This document shows positions 45,801-54,617 of a stretch of DNA of 64,000 bases, one piece after another. Positions within the stretch are counted from its first letter, which is position 1. Each line of letters begins with the position of its first letter. The position numbers and the translations under genes are program-made. The DNA is taken from NCBI GenBank assembly GCA_026713245.1, contig JAPOOU010000246.1:882-64881 (forward strand), given 5' to 3'. The DNA comes from Chloroflexota bacterium. GTDB lineage: Bacteria; Chloroflexota; Anaerolineae; Aggregatilineales; Phototrophicaceae. The notes beneath the pieces were generated by a model. It searched no databases. It saw only the letters and a program-made list of their open reading frames with translations, and was not told the origin of the DNA.

Positions 45801-47555
45801 GACTATATCGAGATCAAAATCGGACAAGGGGCCAAGCCGGGCGAAGGCGGCCACCTACCCGGCTACAAGGTCACCGAGCAGATTGCCGCTGTCCGCAGCA
45901 CTACACCGGGTATCGGCTTGATCTCTCCCAGCAATAATCACGATTTGTACTCAATCGAAGACTTGGCGCAATTGATCGATGAACTCAAGACCGCGAATCC
46001 ACACGCCAAAGTTTCGGTCAAGCTGCCAGTTGTGCCCGGTATCGGAATTATCGCCGTTGGCGTAGCCAAGGCAGGCGCCGACATCATCACTATCACCGGT
46101 TATACGGGCAGTACCGGCGCCGCGCGCGCGCACGCCTTGCGCCACGTTGGCTTGCCCGCCGAGATCGGTGTCTGGATGGCGCATCGTCATCTCATCCACA
46201 GTGGACTGCGCGACGAAGTGGAAATCTGGGTTGACGGCGGCATGAAGAGCGGCCGCGATGTGATAAAGATGGTCTGCCTGGGCGCAAATCGCGTCGGCTT
46301 CGCCACGCTGGCGATGGTAGCGGTCGGTTGCACCATTTGCCGCGGTTGCCACGACGGAACATGCCACGTCGGTATTACAACACATGTCAAAACCAAGGAA
46401 GAGGCCGAAAAGCGCGATTTTAAGGCATTCCGTCCCTTTGAAGAACGCGGATCGGCGGAAAGCATCGTCACCATGTTCGACGCCCTGGGTGATGACATCC
46501 GCAAGTGGCTGGCGAAAATGGGCATTGGCAATTTGCAGGATATAGTCGGTCGCGCCGACTTGCTGGTACAGCGCTCGCACCATGACCAGATTGACCTTTC
46601 GGACTTGCTTCGTTCGGTACCGGTCGTGCAGAAAAGTCACGCGCAGCCCGGCGGGCGTCGTGTCACACGGCCGCGCAACACAGTTAGCAAGCAAATAACC
46701 GATATCGTTGCCGAGTACGTCAGCAAGGGAGAATATGAACTCACCTACGATGATGAGCAAGTCATGGCGATGGATCGAGCCTTGGGCACGCATCTCGCGG
46801 GCGCCCTGCAGCGGAAGTCCGTGCCAAATGGCGACCGGATACACGCCATCAATCTCAGCTTCAGCAATTCGGCGATTCCAGGAAATGGCCTCGCCGCATT
46901 TCTGGATGATCCAGTAAACGTTCTGGTCGAAGGCGGCGCGCAGGACGGCGTGGGGAAGTGCGCAGTAGGCAGCAAGATCTCCATTTTGAAAGGCTTGAAT
47001 CATAATGGGCGTCGTTTGGACGGCTCGGTCGGCAAGAGCTTCGCATATGGCGCGCAAGGCGGTCTATTCATCGTGCAAGGCAACGCCGATACGAGAGCCT
47101 GCATCCGCATGAGCGGCGCTGACGTGGTATTTGGAGGCGAAATCACCGAGCCATTGCAGGACGGTCTCGGGGGTTTGGGCGCCCGCGCGAACCTGAAGGG
47201 ATATGCCTTCGAGTATATGACATCCGGACGCGCGGTCGTCTTGGGCGACCCCGGACCCTGGATGTGCGCCGGCATGACCGGCGGTGTCGTATATCAGCGC
47301 GTTCAGCCGGAAATGAATCTGACTCTAGACGCAATCAGACGCCGTATCGCTCCTGGATCCGTGGTCGAGGCGCAACCCTTGGACGACGAGGGACACCAGG
47401 ATGTGCGCGAACTCTTGAATGCCTATATCCGCACGCTCGAGGAGAATCATCAATCGCAGGCCGCGGAGCCGCTCTATGCCCTGCTGAAGCGACCCGAAGA
47501 TCACTTCGTAAAGATCGCGCCCCCGGTCGCGCGCAACATCGTCAACGAAAGCTAG
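42864..47555 (+). CDS. gltB: Glutamate synthase large subunit (GltB-type), stand-alone with no adjacent small subunit
   Basis: Ntn amidotransferase region (GHARYSTNTNP, GHNGEFNT). FMN domain with the 3Fe-4S motif C-x5-C-x4-C (VGCTICRGCHDGTCHVG). C-terminal GXGXG beta-helix repeats. ATG at 42864 after AGGAGG. Confidence 0.93.
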   Translation: MTHSQNDNFADLHRIDREHRDACALICSVRKGGQATHGNVKRTIEALTRMGHRTGYINGEGDGVGVLTDIPRQLWTKWLAEAGLRSSLATDRNFWVAHVMIPAADRARSQNIIDQICRHISEAGLHILIDRSSRVNSQVLGPNAEKNEPVFWQIAGINGQVPSANLDATLFELQVQLEADLGVHFPSFSSHSVVYKVQGTIEILRRYYPELRDPDYASSLTMGHARYSTNTNPIFERAQPFCLIGHNGEFNTISRFRLESEMLKIPMVENGSDSQDVDRSIYALCMRHGLDLIEAMEHVFPPFNHDLIQDAPEIHDMYDEIRQSFGPFAQGPAAVAARLGNLAVFSVDALGLRPLWFGETEKEYFVSSERGVYPLDSMSVSPKPMAPGEKIALEINAGHSIQVLDYPAIQRYVYNKYRDRKPGGAPGSDIWVSGSGNGAAAPSGNYPMPPTPDGGRQLQMETAPVTVLEKAPEARKTASKLPWSDSPVKVNAAVMSGFGWERYHVEVMSSLAENAKEQIGSLGWDGPVAALSNLRVNLADYFKETIAVVTNPSIDREREQSQFSSQVLIGTRPEIALGRDDESTMIRLEIPLLLESIPDFEDTALLRDIAAQYGTMMIDDLAEVFEDRVSYLSMGCPADTSIDQSIEMLQQRAVEDVLAGVQCLILDDNKVASGEQLFIDPLLATAAVDKALRQADHTPNLRRRVGLVVRSGALRDMHDLSICLSLGANAILPYAMYAVCLGTAPRGSKNPLTDDHIKTYLGNSLKAIHAALQKITSTVGCHELRGYGHSFSSIGLSKNLVNLLGTPNYFGSTGRGLTWTSLMNDAEERAKEFRGEVRARLKNPERFYPKMWKKAEAVAHGELAFEEYTDALLSLEDRMPVSIRHIMSLKESPTPLNPDDVDISIKGYDMPVLISAMSFGSQGELAYRSYFEAAHQLNIICMNGEGGEIHDLLGKYPRNRGQQVASGRFGVNIAFLNSADYIEIKIGQGAKPGEGGHLPGYKVTEQIAAVRSTTPGIGLISPSNNHDLYSIEDLAQLIDELKTANPHAKVSVKLPVVPGIGIIAVGVAKAGADIITITGYTGSTGAARAHALRHVGLPAEIGVWMAHRHLIHSGLRDEVEIWVDGGMKSGRDVIKMVCLGANRVGFATLAMVAVGCTICRGCHDGTCHVGITTHVKTKEEAEKRDFKAFRPFEERGSAESIVTMFDALGDDIRKWLAKMGIGNLQDIVGRADLLVQRSHHDQIDLSDLLRSVPVVQKSHAQPGGRRVTRPRNTVSKQITDIVAEYVSKGEYELTYDDEQVMAMDRALGTHLAGALQRKSVPNGDRIHAINLSFSNSAIPGNGLAAFLDDPVNVLVEGGAQDGVGKCAVGSKISILKGLNHNGRRLDGSVGKSFAYGAQGGLFIVQGNADTRACIRMSGADVVFGGEITEPLQDGLGGLGARANLKGYAFEYMTSGRAVVLGDPGPWMCAGMTGGVVYQRVQPEMNLTLDAIRRRIAPGSVVEAQPLDDEGHQDVRELLNAYIRTLEENHQSQAAEPLYALLKRPEDHFVKIAPPVARNIVNES

Positions 47556-47562
47556 TCGAATC

Positions 47563-47599
47563 AAAAGCTGCCGGCGAATTTGCCGGCAGCATTCCATTT
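47563..47599. terminator. Bidirectional Rho-independent terminator shared by convergent gltB and the PucR-type gene
   Basis: Perfect 9-bp stem GCTGCCGGC-gaattt-GCCGGCAGC flanked by AAAA (U-run for the minus strand) and ATTCCATTT (plus strand). Confidence 0.7.
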
Positions 47600-47622
47600 G
47601 GACGAGCGCTTTCATTCGTCAT

Positions 47623-49278
47623 TTATGCCGTCGACGCCTGCCCGGGAATTGTCGCTAATACGCGCTGAGTTTTGAGCGCCAAATGCAAGATTATACGATT
47701 GTCCGAGTCGTCCAGGTCCATTTTCGTGAGTTCGGCGATGCGTTCCAGCCGATAGACTAAAGTATTGCGGTGCACATCAAGGGCCTGCGCCGCCTTCGCC
47801 AGATTTCCGTTTGCCTCGAAAAACCCGCTCAAAGTCCGAATCAGTTCGCTCTGTTTGCGTTTGTCGTGTTCAACTAGCGGCCCCAAGGCGTCGTCGTAAA
47901 ACTTATGAAGATTGTCCAGGTTCCGTTCCTTCAACGCCAGCAGTAACTGGAACAATTTGAGATCGCCGTAAAATGTCGTCGTATCTCGGTCGCTAAGCTG
48001 GTAAGAAATGCCAACAGCGTCCCTGGCCTCGCGGTAAGCCTCTCGTAACATGGAAAGCCCGGTCGCGGGACGACTTATGCCCGCCGCAATCAGGCCGCTT
48101 GATAGGCGGCTTGAGATTTGCCCGCGTACATTTTCGATAATCGTACGCGTTCTCGACAGTCCCGCGGCATCATCTTCGTCCAGCGGATACAAGACCACAA
48201 TCACATCCACATATTGTCCAACTGCGCCATTGACCTGGCGGCGCGACATATCGTCCCGTACCAGCGAAATCGATGACTCCAGGGAAAGCGACTGGCCTGC
48301 CTCCGACATCGCGCGGAATACAGAAACAACGTAGGAAGAGCCGGGTTGAAAGCCCGCCTGCTGCGCGCGAGTGCGCAACAAATCGTCATCTGCAGGTGTT
48401 CCACTAAGCCACATTTGGATCCAGTCGCCCCGCGCTTGTTCAACGGCCGATGCGATTGCGCGGTTCTTCGCCATTTCTATCGCGCAAACGTCGGCGCCAT
48501 AGGCCAGGACCAAGCGGCCGAATTCATCCAGTTCGCCCATTTGATCCACCAGCGAAAGATAACCCGCAACACGCTTTTCTACTTTTAGCACCGTCGTGAA
48601 ACCCAAGGGGCTTGGGGTGATCATGCCTTGCCTGGACGGCGCTTCCTGACCCAACCAGGTTTGAAAATCTCCCAATGGCATTTCCACGGGCGGGTAGCGG
48701 CCGTTCAGGCTGCGGCGACCAATATTGGGATAGATCTGGGAAATCATCAGACCAGCATCGTCGTGAATGACAATGGGCTTCCCAGTCGAACGCGACATAA
48801 CCTGCAAGAGACTGCCAAGATCACGATTCTCGGCAGCCAACCGTGTCAACTGCCGCTGAATCTCAATGGCCCGCTCAGTCAGACGCGCGGATTGGTTCAA
48901 TAGCAGTGAATTCACCGCGCGCTCAACTGTCGTCAAGCTGGTATCCAGGGGCACCGATACCAAAACCGTTCCGCATTCGTTCGCGGCATCTTTAGCGCTT
49001 TGGCTGGTGTCGCCCGTCGCCAGAACGGCATTGACCCCGATGTCAGACAAGAGACGAATCATGCCCGCCAAACGCAGCCGATCATCAAAGCTGCGCAATA
49101 CGTCCATCGATACCAGCGCCAACTCCCCGCCATAAATATCGGGGAAAACGGGCGGCTGCGCGCGAATTGTGACCGACCAATTCACTTGCGTTTCCGGATC
49201 GCCGGCTACAATGCTCGCGCCCAATGGTAAAGAATACCTAAGCAAGGATTGAATTGAAGCGGTGTTCTTATCTGACAT
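47623..49278 (-). CDS. PucR/CdaR-family transcriptional regulator (paralog of 40884..42560)
   Basis: Same architecture as the first copy. C-terminal HTH GNLAKAAQALDVHRNTLVYRLERIAELTKMDL, and alignable blocks with the first copy (…RAIEIQRQLT…IVIHDD…). Confidence 0.85.
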   Translation of the reverse strand: MSDKNTASIQSLLRYSLPLGASIVAGDPETQVNWSVTIRAQPPVFPDIYGGELALVSMDVLRSFDDRLRLAGMIRLLSDIGVNAVLATGDTSQSAKDAANECGTVLVSVPLDTSLTTVERAVNSLLLNQSARLTERAIEIQRQLTRLAAENRDLGSLLQVMSRSTGKPIVIHDDAGLMISQIYPNIGRRSLNGRYPPVEMPLGDFQTWLGQEAPSRQGMITPSPLGFTTVLKVEKRVAGYLSLVDQMGELDEFGRLVLAYGADVCAIEMAKNRAIASAVEQARGDWIQMWLSGTPADDDLLRTRAQQAGFQPGSSYVVSVFRAMSEAGQSLSLESSISLVRDDMSRRQVNGAVGQYVDVIVVLYPLDEDDAAGLSRTRTIIENVRGQISSRLSSGLIAAGISRPATGLSMLREAYREARDAVGISYQLSDRDTTTFYGDLKLFQLLLALKERNLDNLHKFYDDALGPLVEHDKRKQSELIRTLSGFFEANGNLAKAAQALDVHRNTLVYRLERIAELTKMDLDDSDNRIILHLALKTQRVLATIPGQASTA

Positions 49279-49318
49279 GGCTAGATTCCTGCGCGCGTGA
49301 ATTAAGCCGAATAGCGCC

Positions 49319-49387
49319 TGACCAATAACTTATTGGCAGAAACCACAAATCGGCCCCACTAATTTGTGCCTTATGACCAATAACTTA
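49319..49387. promoter_or_regulatory. Two exact 14-nt direct repeats (TGACCAATAACTTA) 55 bp apart; the first is embedded in the palindrome CCAATAAcTTATTGG
   Basis: Read directly at 49319-49332 and 49374-49387, with the palindrome at 49322-49336. They lie 40-110 nt upstream of the PucR-type start codon. Confidence 0.5.
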
Positions 49388-49401
49388 ACATATTGCTAGC
49401 C

Positions 49402-49438
49402 AAAAAGATAGGGCGAACGCTGCGTGCACGGTCGCCCC
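49402..49438 (-). terminator. Rho-independent terminator of ileS
   Basis: On the minus strand, GGGCGA...UCGCCC stem with an internal CGUGCACG, followed by UAUCUUUUUGG. About 30 nt past the ileS stop. Confidence 0.55.
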
Positions 49439-49466
49439 AAGGCATTGCTTAGCCAAACTTGCCAAT

Positions 49467-52400
49467 TCAGCTGGATTGTCTTATACCAATTGTAAGGGTT
49501 TCGCCTTTGATTTCTACCTTTTCGCTGACGAAATCGCCGGAAGGGGTCCCTGGCTGCAATTCGTCTGCCAGAGTCTCTTGGCTGATATAACCACTGAAGA
49601 GTTGCATAACTGCATCAATGGAGTCCGACGCATCACAATATACAATGCTGATATGGTCGTCCAATTCGAAATCCGCAACCTTGCGCAAGTTCTGGATCCG
49701 TCTGACAAGCTCTCGCGCCAGTCCTTCTTCCAAAAGATCGGACGACAAACGCGTATCCAGGACCACAATGTAACCGCCGTCTTCGACTGCGCCTTCTGGC
49801 GTCTCGACCGTGACCTTAACCTCGCATTCGGTGTTGGCTATGTCATAAGTCTCGCCGTCAAGCTCGACGGTGATGTCTCCTCCCGCCAGCAGACGCTCGC
49901 CAAAGGGTCGCACGTAATCCTGATCGCCGAACTTGAGCGCCGACTGCAGCGCTTTGAAGTCCTTGCCGAATTTCGGTCCCAGGAAACGTGGCAATGGATT
50001 TAGGCTGTAGATACTGGTCGCCCCAATTCGATCCACATCGTCCGCGCCCATGACCTTGATGTCTTTCAAATTCAACTCGCTCTTAATCAACTCCGCATAT
50101 CGCTCAATCGTCCCCGACTCCGCTACATCACGAGTCGCGAATTGTGCCCCCGCTAAAGGTTGCCGAACGCCTATTTGCGCCTTGTTTCGCGCCGACAATC
50201 CCAAGCTCACCATGCGCTGCACCAGCGCCATTTCCGAGATGAGTTCGTCGACGATCAGAGTTTCATTGCATGTCGGCCATGCAGACAAATGCACGCTGTC
50301 TGCCGGAGAGCCGTCTTGCTCGCCTGCCAGATTGCGATACAGCTCTTCGCTCAAGAATGGCATCGTCGGCGCCAGCAATCTAGCCAAAGTCGTCAGCACC
50401 TCGTACAAAGTCGCATAAGCAGCGCGTTTGCTCGCGTCCACATCGCTCTTCCAGAACCGTTCCCGGCTCAGCCGAACGTACCAATTGCTCAATCGCTCTA
50501 CAAAATCTTCGACGGGACGAGTCGCGGCAACAGCATCGTAGTTCTCGTAGGCATCGGTCACGGACTTGATTAGACTGTGCAATTCCGCCAACACCCAGCG
50601 ATCCAGCAATTCCCGATCGGCAGGCGGAGGAGCCTTCATCGCCGGCGTCCATGAATCGATGTTGGCATAAGTTACGAAAAAGCTGTAGGTATTCCACAGC
50701 GTGGACCAAAACTTCTTGATGACTTCGCTCACCAGATTCTTGGAAAATCGCCGTGGTTCGCCCGGCGGTCCGGACGTATAGAGATACCAGCGAAAGGCAT
50801 CTGCGCCCGCTTCTTCCAGCACCTCCCAGGGGTCGACGACATTACCTTTGCTCGTCGACATCTTTTGCCCTTTTTCGTCGAGGATGTGCCCGAGCGAGAT
50901 GACGTTTTTGAAGGCAACTGAATCGAACAACATGGCGCCGATCGCGTGCAGGCTATAGAACCAGCCACGCGTCTGGTCGACGGCTTCACAAATATAGTCC
51001 GCCGGATGCTGTTCTTCAAGCAAATCTCTGTTCTTCTGGGGATACGCCCACTGCGCTACCTGCATCGCCCCACTGTCGAACCAGACGTCGATCACTTCCG
51101 GCACACGGCGCATGGCGCCGCCCTCGCCGCTGGGATTGTCGAATGTGATTTCGTCGACATAGGGTCGGTGCAAGTCCAGCTCGCTCAAGTCTTCTCCGGC
51201 AAGTTCGCTTAACTCTTCAACGCTGCCAACGCAGAGCATTTCCCCGGTTTCGTCGTCAACCCAGACGGGCAAGGGTGTGCCCCAGTAACGCTCCCGCCCC
51301 AGGGACCACTCCTTTAGATCCTCGAGCCAGTTGCCAAAGCGACCATCCTTCAGGTGCTCGGGCACCCAGTTTATGGTCTGATTGAGATCAATCATTGTCT
51401 GTTTGTATTTCAGCGTGTCGATGAACCAGGTCTCGCGCGCGAAGTACATCAACGGCGTATCATCGCGCCAGTTGTGGGGATAGGTATGCTCGTATTTCTC
51501 GTTCCGGTACATCAAGCCGCGTTCCACCAAATCTGCGATAATCTCCTTGTCGGCATCCTTGAACCACATACCGCGGAAATTAGCGCAGGCATCAACAAAG
51601 CATCCGGTCTCGTCAACCGTGATCAGAACCGGCAAGTCGTGCTTCCTTCCCGTTTCCAGGTCGTCGACGCCATAAGCCGGCGCCGTGTGCACGATGCCGG
51701 TACCGTCCTCCGTGCTCACGTAGTCCGCGGGTACCACATAGGCGTAATCGTTTTCCACGGGCAAGAAGGTATAGAGCGGATGATAGCGCCAGCCTAGCAA
51801 GTCCTTGCCCTTGAGACGCCGGACCACTCGGTAATCGATATCTCCATCCAGTACCTTGTCAATGAGCGCTTCGGCCAGGATAAGCTGCTCGTCGCCCTCG
51901 CCATCCGAGGCGGGTCCTGCAACCTGTACATAGTCAACATCCTCGCCAACCGCCAGCGCGGCATTGGCCGGCAAGGTCCAGGGCGTTGTCGTCCATGCCA
52001 GCAGATAGACGCCCGGCTGGTCCTTGAGCGGAAAGCGCACAAAGATGCTGGGATCAACAATGGTCTTGTAACCTAGCGAAACCTCGTGGCTGCTCAAAGG
52101 CGTGCCGGAGGTGGGGCTGTACGGCACTACTTTGTAACCGCGATAGAGCAAGCCCTTGTTCCAAAACTCCTTGAGGATCCACCAGACGCTTTCAATGTAT
52201 TCATTCGAGAATGTCACATAGGCGTCGTCAATGTTCACCCAGAATGCGATGCGCTCGGTGAACTTTTCCCATTCGATGATGTGGCGAAAAACGGTGGAAC
52301 GGCACATCTCGTTGAACTTCGCAATGCCGTATTCTTCGATCTGGCTCTTGTTTTCGAAGCCGAGCTCCCTTTCGACCGCGATTTCCACCGGTAGGCCGTG

Positions 52401-52670
52401 CGTGTCCCATCCACCGCGCCGCAGACAATAATATCCATTCATCACCTTGTAGCGCGGGAACATATCCTTGAACGCCCGCGCCAGGACGTGATGGCTGGCC
52501 GGCTTGCCGTTCGCCGTCGGCGGCCCTTCATAAAACACGTATCGAGGAGCATCTTCGCGCCCCTCGGTGGTGCGCTCGAATACGCGGTTGAAGCGCCAGA
52601 AATCCAGTTGCTTTTGTTCGAGTTTGTTGATGCTCTCGCTATTGATCTTCGAGTTTACTGCCCTAAACAT
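49467..52670 (-). CDS. ileS: Isoleucine--tRNA ligase (long, type 2-like form)
   Basis: Class I motifs (PTANGKPASHHV HIGH-type, KMSTSKGN), CP1 editing domain, ~1067 aa. ATG at 52670 preceded by GGAGAG; the track start at 52688 was rejected. Confidence 0.95.
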   Translation of the reverse strand: MFRAVNSKINSESINKLEQKQLDFWRFNRVFERTTEGREDAPRYVFYEGPPTANGKPASHHVLARAFKDMFPRYKVMNGYYCLRRGGWDTHGLPVEIAVERELGFENKSQIEEYGIAKFNEMCRSTVFRHIIEWEKFTERIAFWVNIDDAYVTFSNEYIESVWWILKEFWNKGLLYRGYKVVPYSPTSGTPLSSHEVSLGYKTIVDPSIFVRFPLKDQPGVYLLAWTTTPWTLPANAALAVGEDVDYVQVAGPASDGEGDEQLILAEALIDKVLDGDIDYRVVRRLKGKDLLGWRYHPLYTFLPVENDYAYVVPADYVSTEDGTGIVHTAPAYGVDDLETGRKHDLPVLITVDETGCFVDACANFRGMWFKDADKEIIADLVERGLMYRNEKYEHTYPHNWRDDTPLMYFARETWFIDTLKYKQTMIDLNQTINWVPEHLKDGRFGNWLEDLKEWSLGRERYWGTPLPVWVDDETGEMLCVGSVEELSELAGEDLSELDLHRPYVDEITFDNPSGEGGAMRRVPEVIDVWFDSGAMQVAQWAYPQKNRDLLEEQHPADYICEAVDQTRGWFYSLHAIGAMLFDSVAFKNVISLGHILDEKGQKMSTSKGNVVDPWEVLEEAGADAFRWYLYTSGPPGEPRRFSKNLVSEVIKKFWSTLWNTYSFFVTYANIDSWTPAMKAPPPADRELLDRWVLAELHSLIKSVTDAYENYDAVAATRPVEDFVERLSNWYVRLSRERFWKSDVDASKRAAYATLYEVLTTLARLLAPTMPFLSEELYRNLAGEQDGSPADSVHLSAWPTCNETLIVDELISEMALVQRMVSLGLSARNKAQIGVRQPLAGAQFATRDVAESGTIERYAELIKSELNLKDIKVMGADDVDRIGATSIYSLNPLPRFLGPKFGKDFKALQSALKFGDQDYVRPFGERLLAGGDITVELDGETYDIANTECEVKVTVETPEGAVEDGGYIVVLDTRLSSDLLEEGLARELVRRIQNLRKVADFELDDHISIVYCDASDSIDAVMQLFSGYISQETLADELQPGTPSGDFVSEKVEIKGETLTIGIRQSS

Positions 52671-52926
52671 GACGACTTTTCTCTCCATGATAGTGATACG
52701 AATCGACGACTTGCACAGAATCGGACTTTTGGCCCTTTGTTCGCATCACTATGGCAATGACCCGCGGTGCGAGCGATTCGCGCAGCGACACCACGTTTCC
52801 ACCTCCCCTTGGGCTCTGAATAACGCAGAAATTATGGCTTACTGCGGGCGATTTCGATAGGGTGAAATACTCCGCCGGATTAGGCGGCGCACGGCATTTT
52901 TAGCTGAGGAGAGCGCCTGCTTATGC
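52671..52926 (-). promoter_or_regulatory. Structured ~255-nt leader upstream of ileS; possible T-box-type element (unverified)
   Basis: Several hairpins, an 8-bp helix (AUAGUGAU / AUCACUAU) ending 3 nt before the SD, and ACGUGGUGUCGCUGCG weakly resembling the T-box GGGUGGUACCGCG core. Confidence 0.3.
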
Positions 52927-53730
52927 CTATTGGGGCTGCAGCAATTCTTGGAGTCGCTCGATGTCTACAAGCAAGCGTTTGCCATATTCCGTTTGTTGAT
53001 AGCGCTTGGCTTCGTCCAGCCAATATGTGGTTACTTCTTGGGTCAACAGCGGAGCCCAAGTCCCCGTTTTGCTGATGGCCATAAGATAATATGTCGCCAT
53101 AACCGCCTTGGCTGGTTCGTCGAGCGACGCGGCTTGGAACTTGCGCAGGTGCGCTTCCGCATCGGCGCTGCCAAGGTAATAGCAAACTTGGCCCAAATCA
53201 AAATGAACCAGGTCTGGCGTCCCAACCGCCAAGGCGCCTTCAAAATAAGCTCTGGCGTCATGGTAGTCCCCGCTAACCTGGCTTAACTTGCCGGCGGCGT
53301 ATAGCGCGTAATGATAGTCAGGCTTGATTTGAAGCGCCCGGTCAATGGCAAGCCCGGCGAGATCAAATTGACCCAACTGCCTGTAACAGTTGCCCAAGAG
53401 CGCCAGAGCATCTACAGACTCGCGCTGGTCTTCCGGGACCGGCTCGAGCAAGTCGCGCGCGGACTCATATTCGCCGCGAATATAGTGCTGCTGGGCTTCG
53501 TGATATGGTGAAATAGCGCGGCGATTTCCCCACAAGACCACCAGTTGCAGCGTTAGCAGCAAACCGAAGGCGCCCAGACGAGCCGGCAACTTGATCGCGT
53601 CCGGACCGACAAAGCCCGCAAGCAGCAACAGGGCGAGAAGAATGACCGCCACATAGAGCGACAGCCGAGAAGACCTGTCCCACTCGGGCAGGCGCTTGTA
53701 CAGGTCACGCAGGAAATGACCGAAGATCAT
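52927..53730 (-). CDS. Membrane-anchored TPR-repeat protein (267 aa)
   Basis: Two N-terminal TM helices followed by TPR-like repeats (ALALLGNCYRQLGQFDLAGLAIDRALQIKPDYHYA...). ATGA overlap with the upstream gene. Confidence 0.7.
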   Translation of the reverse strand: MIFGHFLRDLYKRLPEWDRSSRLSLYVAVILLALLLLAGFVGPDAIKLPARLGAFGLLLTLQLVVLWGNRRAISPYHEAQQHYIRGEYESARDLLEPVPEDQRESVDALALLGNCYRQLGQFDLAGLAIDRALQIKPDYHYALYAAGKLSQVSGDYHDARAYFEGALAVGTPDLVHFDLGQVCYYLGSADAEAHLRKFQAASLDEPAKAVMATYYLMAISKTGTWAPLLTQEVTTYWLDEAKRYQQTEYGKRLLVDIERLQELLQPQ

Positions 53731-54617
53731 GCCTGTTGCTGCTGCTCTTCAGTTTCGGTGATCGCCCGCTCGATTTTTTCGATTTCGTAATTGAGCAAAC
53801 TGCCGTAGGCAGTTCCATCCAGCGCGCCAAGCGTAGACTTCCAGGCCTTAAGCCCATGTTTAGTATTTATCATGCGCTCGGTCGCGCCAGCCGCGTTTTT
53901 CGAATCCCCCGCCTTTACGAAGTGTTGCGAAAGGTAATAGTTGACGCGCACGCTGTACATTGACGGCATCGAAAACAGCGCCGCATGCTTGAAGGACTCG
54001 ATGGCTGCATCGTGCTCGCCAGCCAACTGCTGTATGAAGCCCAGTTCCGCCCAGATGATCGGCTGGTCGGGCGACAATTGCGCGGCTGTCTGTAGCGCCA
54101 TGGCCGCTTCGCCATAGCTGGCTTGCATCCGGTAGCCGTTCGCCAGGGTCATGTAAGCAGCGGCGTTTTGCGGGAACATTTGTACAGCTTGATCGGCAGT
54201 TGCCTGGGCTTTTGCCAGTTGCCCGTTGTAGGCATAGGCGCTTGTCAAGAGCATGAGCAGGTCCGGCGTAATCTTGCCGCCGGCCAATACGCGTTCCAAC
54301 AGTTGTATCGCCTGCGGAAACTGCAGTTTCTGGATTAGGCGATAAGCTTCCCCGTATCCGGCGCCGTATTGGCGGGACTGTCGCGCTAGCAAGATGCCGA
54401 CGAGCAAGAAGCCGAGAACGATCATGCTCGCGGACAAGCAAAGGCCTGCCAGCGACAATTGCGCTACCGGTGACAAGTAGGGATCAAGCGGTTGCGTCAT
54501 CCCGCTGGCGAATTCGATCGCCACGCCCAGGACAAAAACTACAATTCCCAGCAGCGCCAGCGCCACGGATACGAACACACCTAACCACGCGATCAACCGG
54601 CGGATCGACATCATCAT
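53727..54617 (-). CDS. Membrane-anchored TPR-repeat protein (296 aa)
   Basis: Two TM helices, then TPR repeats (LLTSAYAYNGQLAKAQATADQAVQMFPQNAAAYMTLANGY...). ATGA overlaps at both ends. Confidence 0.7.
   Translation of the reverse strand: MMMSIRRLIAWLGVFVSVALALLGIVVFVLGVAIEFASGMTQPLDPYLSPVAQLSLAGLCLSASMIVLGFLLVGILLARQSRQYGAGYGEAYRLIQKLQFPQAIQLLERVLAGGKITPDLLMLLTSAYAYNGQLAKAQATADQAVQMFPQNAAAYMTLANGYRMQASYGEAAMALQTAAQLSPDQPIIWAELGFIQQLAGEHDAAIESFKHAALFSMPSMYSVRVNYYLSQHFVKAGDSKNAAGATERMINTKHGLKAWKSTLGALDGTAYGSLLNYEIEKIERAITETEEQQQQA

Noticed and set aside
45951-47057. 368-aa ORF antisense to gltB; similar long antisense ORFs at 7888..8745, 14616..15287 and 43122..43601
   Set aside because: All lie inside strongly supported genes, have no RBS or motif support, and are explained by the scarcity of stop codons in GC-rich antisense frames.
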